Source: Candidatus Multivoradales bacterium
GTDB lineage: Bacteria > Acidobacteriota > Thermoanaerobaculia > Multivoradales > Multivoraceae
Direction of reading: 5' to 3'
DNA length: 64,000 nt
Assembly (NCBI GenBank): GCA_965223325.1
Contig: CBDCWI010000001.1
Location: forward strand, 1,888,001-1,952,000
The notes under the pieces are model-generated. The model saw nothing but the letters and a program-made list of their open reading frames with translations, searched no databases and was not told the DNA's origin. A program made the position numbers and the translations under genes. Shown here piece after piece: positions 39,098 to 47,967 of this stretch (its first letter is position 1; each line of letters starts with the position of its first letter).

Positions 39098-40235
39098 CGC
39101 TGCGGACTGCCGCGTCTTCGAGTAGCTCCGACATCTCGACCGGGCGACCCAACTCGATCGATCGATGGGCCGCGCAACCAATCGCCACCGCCTGCGTCCC
39201 GTCTGCAACGCCGACTTCGACCGGCCCGTCGCCTGCGATTGCCATGAGGAAAGCGCGGTGCTGCCAGTAGGTCGCACCATGGTGGTGACCGGCGGCGAGT
39301 AGCCGTTCGTCGATGTCGATCGTCTCGCTCGTCACCCGATCCGGCCGCATGCCAACGAACCCATGTTTGTCCGTCGCTTGCATCGCGAGATCACGCCGGC
39401 CAATACGAACCGTCGAATCCGGTAGCAGGCACTCGAGTTTGCCGGCATCTCCGGTGACCGAGATCTCCTGTTCGTGAAGTGAGGCTTCGGCGAACATACA
39501 GAGGTCGAGTGACGCGCGGATGCCTCCGTCGAAATCGACGACGACAAACGCGTTGTCGAGAATGTCGGGCACCTCGCCGTCGTAGCGCTCGTCGAGATGG
39601 TTGACATCTTGCGCACCACTGGCGTAGACCCGCTGAGGTGCCGCTCCCGTGATGCGAGCCATCAAATCGAAGAAGTGGCAGCATTTCTCCACCAGCGTTC
39701 CGCCGGTGTTGCGATTGAAGCGGTTCCAGTCACCGACTTTGGGAAGAAACGGAAAGCGGTGCTCACGGATCGCCACCATGCGCACTCGTCCTACCGTGCC
39801 GGCGTCGACTTCTTGGATGAGCCGCGCCACCGGTGGCATGTAGCGGTACTCCATACCGATCCACACCACCCCGTCATGGCTCGCTGCCTTTTCTTCGACC
39901 ACCCGACAATCAGCCAGGGTCGTACACATCGGCTTCTCTACCAGCAGATGGAGCCCACTCCCCCACAACCCGTCCAGAACCTCGGCATGGGTGTGGTTTG
40001 GCGAGGCGATCACCACAGCATCGACCAGACCGGAGCGCGCCAGCTCGAGGTGATCCTCGAAAGAAACGGGCTCGGCCGTTGGGTTGAGTGACAGGTGCAG
40101 GTCTTCCGCCCACTTCCGCGACCGTGGATGCGGGTCGCAAATCGCGGTGACCTCGGCGCCAGGGAGCAGCGCGATGTTGCGCATGTGCTCGAGGCCCATG
40201 AGACCCGTTCCAACGATGCCGTAGCGTGTAGTCAT
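39078..40235 (-). CDS. sqgA: Gfo/Idh/MocA protein, NAD+-dependent sulfoquinovosidase-like (GH188, SqgA)
   Basis: GTGLMG, VEKP, MEYRYMP, EHRFPFLPKVGDWNRF, VEKCCHFFD, HHHGATY; clustered with smoC/smoB. Confidence 0.75.
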   Translation of the reverse strand: MTTRYGIVGTGLMGLEHMRNIALLPGAEVTAICDPHPRSRKWAEDLHLSLNPTAEPVSFEDHLELARSGLVDAVVIASPNHTHAEVLDGLWGSGLHLLVEKPMCTTLADCRVVEEKAASHDGVVWIGMEYRYMPPVARLIQEVDAGTVGRVRMVAIREHRFPFLPKVGDWNRFNRNTGGTLVEKCCHFFDLMARITGAAPQRVYASGAQDVNHLDERYDGEVPDILDNAFVVVDFDGGIRASLDLCMFAEASLHEQEISVTGDAGKLECLLPDSTVRIGRRDLAMQATDKHGFVGMRPDRVTSETIDIDERLLAAGHHHGATYWQHRAFLMAIAGDGPVEVGVADGTQAVAIGCAAHRSIELGRPVEMSELLEDAAVRSARKRRT

Positions 40236-40351
40236 TGCCAGTGAGGTGCCCCGGTCTGTCGGGTTGGTTGCGAGGATTCCGTCGGAAGGGTATCGCTCCT
40301 TCCGCGCCGAAAACCGATCTGGCTACCAAGGGCCGATCGACCTGCAAGTCC

Positions 40352-42349
40352 CTACAAACGCGACTCGACGTACTCGAGGCTCGCTTTCGCCCGCGGATCG
40401 TCGGGTGCAAGAGCAACCAGTTGGGTAAAAACCTCCTTGGCCTCACGCCAGCGCTCCTGACTCGCAAGCAGCACTCCGAGATCGGCGAGTGCAGGCAGGT
40501 AGCGGGCGTCGCGCGCGAGAACGCTGCGGAGCCCTTCTTCGGCGACGTCGAGATCGCGCCGCCCCATGTAGACGGTGGCGAGTTGGTAGAGGAGCTCGAT
40601 GTTGGCCTCGTCTCTCGCCAGGTTGTCGCGAGCGCTCTCGAGTGCCTCGTCCATTCTCTCGAGGGCCAGGTAGGTGCTGGTGCGAAGTGCCCGCATCGAC
40701 AGATCGCTCGGGTCAGCCTCGATGGCTAGCGGAACGAAGGTCGCCGCCTCGTCGAGGCGCCCGAGGTCAAACGACAGGCGTGCCAGGGCTCTCGTGTACA
40801 GGCCGGAGCCGCCGGAGATAGCGAACGCACGACGGTAGGCCTCGTAGGCTGGCTCGGGCTGGCCCGATTCTTCGTAGGCCACGGCGAGGAACTGCCAGGC
40901 GTCGAGCAGTCGCGGATGGCGGTTGACGGTTCGCGCCAGAAGTTGCACGGCGTCCTGCGCCCTTCCCAGCCGCAGACTGTCGATGCCTCGCTGCAGGGTC
41001 GCAAGTGACTCGATCTCCTGACGCGGGTCGGGCAGGTCGGTCGCTGGCAAAGTGGCTTCGCTGCTCAAGTAGCCGAGCGACAAGAGCGCCTCGCGATCTT
41101 CCTCTTCTGCGGCGCTGCTATCTCTAGCCTGGGGCGGCTCGATCGAGGCCTCCGCCAGGGCAGCTCGCAGAGGCTCTGCTCGCTGCCCACCGAGGTCGTT
41201 CTGCTCGCCCGGATCTACTGCGAGGTCGAAGAGCTCACCGTAGGCACCTTCGATCCAATGGAGGTCACCCTCGATTACCGAGGTCAGTCCATGCCATCCC
41301 AGGCGCAGCTGCGGATAGAACGTCTCGGCGAAGATCGGGCGCTGGGGATGTTCCGCGAGCTCGAGAAGAGTCGGCGCCGGGTTGCCGAGAGGGGCAGCAC
41401 CGCCAGGGGCCACGAGTGCGAGCAAGGTCCCAGGCACGTCGCTCAGTTGAGCAGGCTCGGTCACCGACTGGCCTCTGCGCTCGGCGCCCGGCAACTTGAC
41501 GATCAGCGGAACCTGAAGAGCCTCGCGGTGCAGCAGGATGCCGTGTTGGTCCTCGCCATGCTCGCCGAGACCTTCCCCGTGATCCGAGAGTAGAACGACG
41601 ATCGCCTCGTCGTAACGCTCGAGACGACGCAGCTCTGCCAAGAGCTCGCCCACCAGGGCATCGACCGCTGCGATCTCGCCGTCATAAGGGTGTGCGACCT
41701 GATCAAAAGGAGGAGGCGGCTCATACGGCGCGTGCGGCTCGTAGAAATGCACCATCAAAAAGAACGGCTCTTCGCCGAAACCGTTCAGTAACTCTCTGGC
41801 GCCCTCCAGCACCTCGCGACCATCGCGCTGGGTTTCAGCAGCGGTCGCACGCACGAGCTGCTCGATCTCGTCGTCGTAGAACTCGAAGCCCTGAGCGATT
41901 CCTGTCGCACGCCGCATGACGAAACTCGAAACCACCGCCGCCGTCCGGTAGCCCTCGGCCACCAGACGCTCAGCAAACGTCTCTATGTCTTCCGCCAGGC
42001 GAAAGCCCGAGTTGTCTCGCACCCCGTGTTGATGCGGCAGGAGGCCAGTCAAGAGCGACGCATGGGCCGGCAGAGTGAGTGGAATCGGGCTGTAGGCGCG
42101 CTCGAACAGCAGACTGTCGGCGCGCAATCGATCGATGGCCGGCGTGGCGACGCCATCGTAACCATAGACCGGCAGATGGTCGGAGCGCAGGGTATCGATT
42201 GAGATCAGGAGAATCGGCGGCTTTGTCCCAGCCACAGCCTCCGACCCGGGACTCTCCTGCGGCTCAGCTCCCTGACAGGTCAGTAGAAGGAAGCCGGCGC
42301 CGGCCGCCAGGAGAGCGTGTTGCCGTTTCGATGTCCACACGCTGTTCAT
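40352..42349 (-). CDS. Sulfatase-like hydrolase with C-terminal TPR repeats
   Basis: LISIDTLRSDH, PLTLPAHASLLTG, HFYEPHAPY, SDHGEGLGEHGE..HG, LLSLGY, then TPRs; signal peptide. Confidence 0.9.
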   Translation of the reverse strand: MNSVWTSKRQHALLAAGAGFLLLTCQGAEPQESPGSEAVAGTKPPILLISIDTLRSDHLPVYGYDGVATPAIDRLRADSLLFERAYSPIPLTLPAHASLLTGLLPHQHGVRDNSGFRLAEDIETFAERLVAEGYRTAAVVSSFVMRRATGIAQGFEFYDDEIEQLVRATAAETQRDGREVLEGARELLNGFGEEPFFLMVHFYEPHAPYEPPPPFDQVAHPYDGEIAAVDALVGELLAELRRLERYDEAIVVLLSDHGEGLGEHGEDQHGILLHREALQVPLIVKLPGAERRGQSVTEPAQLSDVPGTLLALVAPGGAAPLGNPAPTLLELAEHPQRPIFAETFYPQLRLGWHGLTSVIEGDLHWIEGAYGELFDLAVDPGEQNDLGGQRAEPLRAALAEASIEPPQARDSSAAEEEDREALLSLGYLSSEATLPATDLPDPRQEIESLATLQRGIDSLRLGRAQDAVQLLARTVNRHPRLLDAWQFLAVAYEESGQPEPAYEAYRRAFAISGGSGLYTRALARLSFDLGRLDEAATFVPLAIEADPSDLSMRALRTSTYLALERMDEALESARDNLARDEANIELLYQLATVYMGRRDLDVAEEGLRSVLARDARYLPALADLGVLLASQERWREAKEVFTQLVALAPDDPRAKASLEYVESRL

Positions 42350-42449
42350 CAGCCTAAGTCTGCCGAAACGATCGAAACGAACGGCCCGACGGTACACGGC
42401 CCTGGGACGAGTCGCTGACTGCGATTGCACCGATCTCGAGCCCTTGATG

Positions 42450-42475
42450 TGAAACAAACGCCGTTTCGAGGCGTC
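42450..42475 (+). promoter_or_regulatory. SigW/SigM-like ECF sigma promoter
   Basis: TGAAAC-N16-CGTC about 40 bp before the ADOP start; shares TGAAACAAACGCC with 9913. Confidence 0.65.
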
Positions 42476-42513
42476 CAGCACCTTGATCCCGTAAATCCGA
42501 GAGAGGAAGGTCC

Positions 42514-44949
42514 ATGAACGACCTCAAGTTCGCACTGCGTTCTCTGCGGCGTGCGCCCGGCGTCACGCTCATTCTGCTGCTCACCCTGGCCCTCGGCATC
42601 GGCGCCACCGGCGCCATCTGGAGCGTCATCGACGGCGTGATTCTCGAGCCGCTCCCCTATGAAGATCCCGAAGAGCTCGCGATGCTCTACTCCGAATTCC
42701 CCACTATGGACTTCGAGCGGTTCTGGATTTCACCGCCCGAGTTCATGGAATACGAAGAATGGACGCAGGCCTTCGAAGCCATTGCCGGCTACCGTGGTTT
42801 TGAGGTCTCTCTGGTCGGAAAAGATGAGCCGATGCGAGTGCGCGGGATGATGGCCACGGCCAGCCTCTTCGACGTCATCGGCACCAACCCGCAGATCGGG
42901 CGCCCGTTCAGTGCCGAAGAGGACAACCCCGACGGCGAACGAGTCGCGGTTATCGCCTACGAGCTCTGGCAACGCACCTTCGGAGGTGACGAAAGTGTGC
43001 TCGGCGAGGTCGTCGACATCGACGGCAATCCCACGACGATCATCGGCGTCATGCCCCGCGGGTTCGATCTCGACGACACCAAGCCGCAGGTATGGGTCCC
43101 GATGGGGCTCGATCGTTCGAACCGCTCGAACCGCGGTAGTCACTACCTGCGCGTTATCGGGCGTTTGAGCGATGGCACGAGTCTCGAAGCAGCGCGCACC
43201 GAAGCACAGTCGCTGGTCGAAGGCTGGGATGAACTCTCCCCGAACGACCATAACCCCGATCCTGAGTTTCACCCTTTTCGCATCGAACCACTCAAGCAGG
43301 AGATCGTGGGGGATACGCAGCCGGCGCTGATGGCGCTACTCGGCGCGGTGTCTTTCGTTCTCCTGATCGCCTGCGCCAATGTCGCCAATCTCCTGCTGGC
43401 CCGCTCCGAAGAGCGCCAACAGGAAATGGCAGTACGGGCCGCGATGGGCGCGTCGCGCTGGCGCCTGGTGCGCCAGGTGCTGACTGAGAGCGTGCTGTTA
43501 TCGGTAGTTGGTGGAGTGCTCGGTGTGGTGCTCGCCCACCAGGGTCTCAAGCTGCTCCTCGGAATCAGTCCGGAGGCGCTACCTCGCGCCAGCGCGGTGG
43601 AGCTCGACGGAACCGTCTTACTGTTCTCGGCCTTGGTCGCGGTCCTGGCGGGGGTTCTCTTTGGCATCGCACCGGCTCTCCAACTCAGCAGCCGACGGCT
43701 CGGAGCAGCTGTGCGTGAAGGTGGCAGACGTGCGACTGCCGGCGTTGCCGGGCGTGGTTTGCGTCGTGCGCTGGTCGTGGTCGAAATCGCGCTCGCCCTG
43801 GCACTCGTCGTCGGAGCCGGCTTGATGCTGCGCAGCTTCCAGTCTCTCTTGGAAGTGCACCCAGGCTTTGCGAGCTCTAACCTGATGTCCTTCGCCGTCG
43901 AGTTGCCCGACAGCCGCTACCCCGAGGCCGACGACCAGACGACCTTCATGACCCGATTGACCGAAACACTCGCTGGCACTCCTGGCATCACCGCGGTGGC
44001 AGCCAGCGACGAGATTCCGCCGGTCGCGACCCTGAACGCAAACGACACGGAGTTCGAAGGCATCGAACGTACACCGGACGGTCCGCCGCACAACACCGAC
44101 TACTGGTGGACGGTTACCCGCGGCTTCTTCGAGACCCTGGGGACGCGCATCGTCGACGGCCGCGTCTTCGGACCGGGAGACGGCCCGGGATCGAACCCGG
44201 TGGTGGTGATCAACGAAGCGACCGCCAAACGCTTCTACGGCGACACTCGTGCCGTCGGCCAACGCCTGCGGCCGCCCTTCGGTAGCGAGATCCCGTGGTT
44301 CACGATCATCGGGGTGGTCGAAGACATCAAACAGGCTGGCGTCGACGCCGAAGCCGGAACCCATCTCTTCTGGTCCTACGAGCAGCTGGCACAGCTCGGC
44401 TTCGCACCCAGCGAGATGTACTACGTCGTCGAGTCAACGCTCGAGGAAGACAGCCTCGCTGGAACCCTTCGGCAGGCGGTCTGGGCGATCGACCCGGCGC
44501 TGCCAGTCGCCGACATCCGCACCCTCGACACGGTGGTCGCCGACTCGCTCGCGCGGCCTCGACTCTTGACGGTGCTCCTCTCGCTCTTCGGCCTGGCGGC
44601 GTTGTTCCTCGCCGCCATCGGCATCTACGGTGTGCTGGCCCACAGCGTGGCGACCAGGGCGCAGGAGCTCGGGATCCGCATGGCGATGGGCGCCAACCAG
44701 AGGCGTATTCTCGGTCTGGTACTCGGTCAGGGCCTCAGCCTGGCCGCCGCTGGCCTCGCCCTCGGCATTCTTGCGTCGCTGGCACTACGCCGCGCACTCG
44801 ACTCGATGCTCTATGGCATCGGAGCGACTGACCCGATGAGCTGGGCGTTCGGCATTGGGTTCTTCGCTCTGGTTGCGGCGCTGGCCTGCCTGATTCCGGC
44901 CCTCCGCGCCACCCGCGTCGACCCGATCAGCGTGCTGCGCGCCGACTGA
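42514..44949 (+). CDS. ADOP-type duplicated MacB/FtsX ABC permease
   Basis: DLKFALRSLRRAPG, LALGIGATGAI, LLIACANVANLLLAR, ELGIRMAMGA, PALRATRVDP...LR; no ATPase gene adjacent. Confidence 0.93.
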   Translation: MNDLKFALRSLRRAPGVTLILLLTLALGIGATGAIWSVIDGVILEPLPYEDPEELAMLYSEFPTMDFERFWISPPEFMEYEEWTQAFEAIAGYRGFEVSLVGKDEPMRVRGMMATASLFDVIGTNPQIGRPFSAEEDNPDGERVAVIAYELWQRTFGGDESVLGEVVDIDGNPTTIIGVMPRGFDLDDTKPQVWVPMGLDRSNRSNRGSHYLRVIGRLSDGTSLEAARTEAQSLVEGWDELSPNDHNPDPEFHPFRIEPLKQEIVGDTQPALMALLGAVSFVLLIACANVANLLLARSEERQQEMAVRAAMGASRWRLVRQVLTESVLLSVVGGVLGVVLAHQGLKLLLGISPEALPRASAVELDGTVLLFSALVAVLAGVLFGIAPALQLSSRRLGAAVREGGRRATAGVAGRGLRRALVVVEIALALALVVGAGLMLRSFQSLLEVHPGFASSNLMSFAVELPDSRYPEADDQTTFMTRLTETLAGTPGITAVAASDEIPPVATLNANDTEFEGIERTPDGPPHNTDYWWTVTRGFFETLGTRIVDGRVFGPGDGPGSNPVVVINEATAKRFYGDTRAVGQRLRPPFGSEIPWFTIIGVVEDIKQAGVDAEAGTHLFWSYEQLAQLGFAPSEMYYVVESTLEEDSLAGTLRQAVWAIDPALPVADIRTLDTVVADSLARPRLLTVLLSLFGLAALFLAAIGIYGVLAHSVATRAQELGIRMAMGANQRRILGLVLGQGLSLAAAGLALGILASLALRRALDSMLYGIGATDPMSWAFGIGFFALVAALACLIPALRATRVDPISVLRAD

Positions 44950-45033
44950 GCAGGCGGCGTCGGAACAGCCTGACCAGCGACCAGAACCCCCCTTATTGCT
45001 CCGCTCCGGGGCCTGCCGTAGGCTGGCCCGATC

Positions 45034-45939
45034 ATGAGCAACGCACTGGAACACCCTGGAAGACTCGGCGTCTGGACGTGGATCGACGCCTTCTCCTCTG
45101 AACAAGCCGCGGACTTTGCCAAGCAACTCGAAACGTGGGGCTACTCCACCCTTTGGATCCCCGAAGCCGTCGGGCGTGATCCCTTCGCCCTGATCGGCTA
45201 TCTGGCAGGCCAGACCGAAACTCTCAACTTCGCCACCGGCATCGCCAACATCTACGCCCGTGACCACGTCACGATGAAGGCGATTCATCAGACTCTTTCC
45301 GAGATGCTGCCAGGCCGTTTCATTCTCGGTCTGGGCGTCTCGCACCCACATCTGGTTTCGCGCCTGCGCGGGCACGAGTGGAAGAAACCAATTCCCAAGA
45401 TGCGTGGCTACCTGGAAGCGATGAAGGGTGCGATCTATCACGGGCCGAAGCCTGAGCTCGAAGCTCCCATCGTGATCGCAGCGTTACGTCCGCTGATGAT
45501 GGGGCTCGCGCGCGATCATGTGCGCGGTGCCCATCCCTACCTGGTGACTCCAGAACATACCCAGCGCGCGAGAGAAATCCTCGGTGACGGCCCGTGGTTG
45601 TGCCCGGAACAGAAGGTGATTCTCGAAACTGACGCCGAAACCGCACGAGGCGTTGCGCGCGGCCAACTGACGCCCTACCTGCGGGCGCCCAACTACCAGA
45701 ACAATCTTCGCGAGATCGGCTTCGAGGACAGCGACTGGCAAGACGGAAAGGCGAGCGATCGCCTGATCGACGCGCTCGTCGCCTGGGGCGATGTCGACAC
45801 TATTCGCGAACGCATCGAGGCGCACTGGAGTGCCGGCGCCGACCATGTTTCGATCCAGCCGTTCCGTCCCGACGGAGCTCCCGGGCCCGACATGAAAGCA
45901 CTCGAAGTGTTGGCACCGGCTACCGAGCGTGCGAGCTAG
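45034..45939 (+). CDS. LLM-class oxidoreductase, probably F420-dependent (TIGR03620-like)
   Basis: WIPEAVGRDPF, ATGIANIYARD, GRFILGLGVSH, AALRPLM, GAHPYLVTPEHT, AGADHV. Confidence 0.85.
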   Translation: MSNALEHPGRLGVWTWIDAFSSEQAADFAKQLETWGYSTLWIPEAVGRDPFALIGYLAGQTETLNFATGIANIYARDHVTMKAIHQTLSEMLPGRFILGLGVSHPHLVSRLRGHEWKKPIPKMRGYLEAMKGAIYHGPKPELEAPIVIAALRPLMMGLARDHVRGAHPYLVTPEHTQRAREILGDGPWLCPEQKVILETDAETARGVARGQLTPYLRAPNYQNNLREIGFEDSDWQDGKASDRLIDALVAWGDVDTIRERIEAHWSAGADHVSIQPFRPDGAPGPDMKALEVLAPATERAS

Positions 45940-47926
45940 AGGCCTGCTGAAGAACTCCCGCGAGGCTGAGCGCGGGGATCTGGGCTCTCTGTTCGTGCCG
46001 ACGCGAGGAGGCGATGTCTGTGCATCGTTGACGAGTCGTCGGTGCGGACGGCGAGCCCAAACCCCCGCGCCCGCTGGGTTTGACGGCGTGGGCCTCGCTG
46101 CAGCACGGCGAACGCTCTACGATGGAGCACAGCATCGCATTCGCGCACGGCGCACCACATCGAGACCCACGGCGCTCAAACTCAGCCACACGAGAGTTCT
46201 TCAGCAAGCCCCTAGCTTGCTCACCGCGTTTGCGGTGATGCTCCTGACTCTGCCGCTGGCCGCGCAGGAACCACCAGCGCCGCAACCCGAGGCCGACCAG
46301 GACCGCGAAGCTCCGGGCGACCTGATCACCACCGAGACCTCGCTCGGAAAAGTCGTCGGTACCGAAACCTTCCTGGGCGGTTTGAGCTTCCGCGGTATTC
46401 CGTACGCCGAGCCCCCGGTTGGATCACTACGCTTCAGGGCGCCGAAGGCAAAGAGCCCCTGGCCTGGCATCTTGAACGCCAAGGAGTTCGGGCCAGCTTG
46501 CCCGCAGATCGCAGATCCACTCGAAGGGATCCCGGAAGAACTCGGTGCCCTCGACAACGAAGACTGTCTGTCGATCAACGTCTGGACCCCGGGTCTCGAC
46601 GAGGCCGCGCGCCCGGTCATGGTGTGGATTCACGGTGGTTCCAACGTCGCCGGCTCCAGCCGCTCACCGCTCTACGATGGCTCGGTGCTTTCTGCCCGTG
46701 GCGATGTGGTGGTGGTGTCGTTCAACTACCGCCTCGGCCTGTTGGGTTGGCTCGACGTCACTCAGTTCGGCGGCCAGAACTACGCCGGCGCTGCCAACAA
46801 CGGCATGCGCGACCAGATTCTGGCGCTACGCTGGGTGCAGGAGAACATCGGCGCTTTCGGCGGCAACCCCAACAACGTCACCGTCTTCGGAGAGTCGGCC
46901 GGGTCGATGGCGGTTTCAACCTTGCTCACCTTGGCGCGTCCCGAACGCTTGTTTCGCGCCGCGATCCTGCAAAGCGGCGTGACCTTCTCCACCGACCTCG
47001 AAAGCGCCAAGGCGATGGCTGCCGACTTCTTCGAGCGTGCCGCCATCACCGAGTCCAAACAGCTCAGAGAGATGGCGACTGCCGATCTTCTAGCGGCACA
47101 AAAGCGCGCTCTCGATACCTACCAGGGAACCGACGGTGACGTCATCTTCGTCACGCGGCCGATCGAAGAACCTCTGACCGCCACTCCCTTCGAGGCTGTG
47201 CGTGCCGGGAATGCCGCCCAGGTATCGCTGGTGCTCGGGACTACCGAGGACGAGATGCGCTACTGGTTGCACTACCTACCAGAGCTGCGCGATACCCATC
47301 CTGCCGACCTCGGCCTCGGCCTGTCTCCGGAGAACCTCGAGGCATTGCTGCTCCCCTACCGCGAGAACACCCAGTACAGCTCTGCCGGTGATCTGTCCCT
47401 GGCGCTCCTCAGCGACCTCTACTTCCGCATGCCGACTCTCCTACTCGCCGAGGCGCAGGCGGTTCATACGCCGAACGTCTGGCACTATCTCTTCGCCCGG
47501 GACATCCCGCGCTCTGATCTCGGCGCCGCTCATGCCGCCGAGCTACCTTTCGTCTTCGGAACCCTCGGCCTTCGCGTCGCCGCCCCGCTGACAGGCCTTC
47601 CGCTCGATCACCAGGAACGCTCACAGAACGCGAAACTCGCCACGGCAATGCAAGACCTGTGGCTCGGCCTCGCGATCTCGGGCGATCCCAACGCCAGCGC
47701 CAACGAGGCCCTGCCGCTGTGGTCACGCTACGACGCAGCCGAACGCGCGACCCTGCGAATCGAGGACGACTTCACCGTGGTTTCTGATCCCGGCGCTCCC
47801 ATGCGCGAAGCGTGGCTCGCGGGGTATGGCCGTGAACTCCTGCGCCAGGTCTTTGGGCCCGGTCTCTTCGCTGCGTCTCCTGGCGAGTCCTCCGAGCCCA
47901 GTGCGGGAGGTGACAACGTTCCGTAG
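45929..47926 (+). CDS. Secreted type-B carboxylesterase carrying an in-frame MITE in its signal peptide
   Basis: FRGIPYAEPPVG.LRF, EDCL.INVW, WIHGG, NYRLG, FGESAG, AAHAAEL. Removing the MITE restores MRASLLTAFAVMLLTLPLAA-QE. Confidence 0.9.
   Translation: MRARGLLKNSREAERGDLGSLFVPTRGGDVCASLTSRRCGRRAQTPAPAGFDGVGLAAARRTLYDGAQHRIRARRTTSRPTALKLSHTRVLQQAPSLLTAFAVMLLTLPLAAQEPPAPQPEADQDREAPGDLITTETSLGKVVGTETFLGGLSFRGIPYAEPPVGSLRFRAPKAKSPWPGILNAKEFGPACPQIADPLEGIPEELGALDNEDCLSINVWTPGLDEAARPVMVWIHGGSNVAGSSRSPLYDGSVLSARGDVVVVSFNYRLGLLGWLDVTQFGGQNYAGAANNGMRDQILALRWVQENIGAFGGNPNNVTVFGESAGSMAVSTLLTLARPERLFRAAILQSGVTFSTDLESAKAMAADFFERAAITESKQLREMATADLLAAQKRALDTYQGTDGDVIFVTRPIEEPLTATPFEAVRAGNAAQVSLVLGTTEDEMRYWLHYLPELRDTHPADLGLGLSPENLEALLLPYRENTQYSSAGDLSLALLSDLYFRMPTLLLAEAQAVHTPNVWHYLFARDIPRSDLGAAHAAELPFVFGTLGLRVAAPLTGLPLDHQERSQNAKLATAMQDLWLGLAISGDPNASANEALPLWSRYDAAERATLRIEDDFTVVSDPGAPMREAWLAGYGRELLRQVFGPGLFAASPGESSEPSAGGDNVP
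45940..46211. mobile_element. 272-bp MITE with CTAG target-site duplication
   Basis: Left end aggcctgctgaagaactcccg versus reverse complement of the right end gggcttgctgaagaactctcg (18/21). CTAG at 45936-45939 and 46212-46215. No transposase. Confidence 0.88.
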
Positions 47927-47967
47927 AGAGAATCGCTCCCGGCGGAGGCTAGCCGACCCTCGCGTGG

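Noticed and set aside
37718-39280. Long antisense or alternate-frame ORFs (also 1134-2222, 48835-50187, 59326-61191 and many others)
   Set aside because: Shadow ORFs typical of high-GC DNA; they overlap well-supported genes and show no recognisable motifs.
45920-46285. 121-aa minus-strand ORF as a real gene or transposase
   Set aside because: It spans the non-autonomous MITE and has no transposase motifs.
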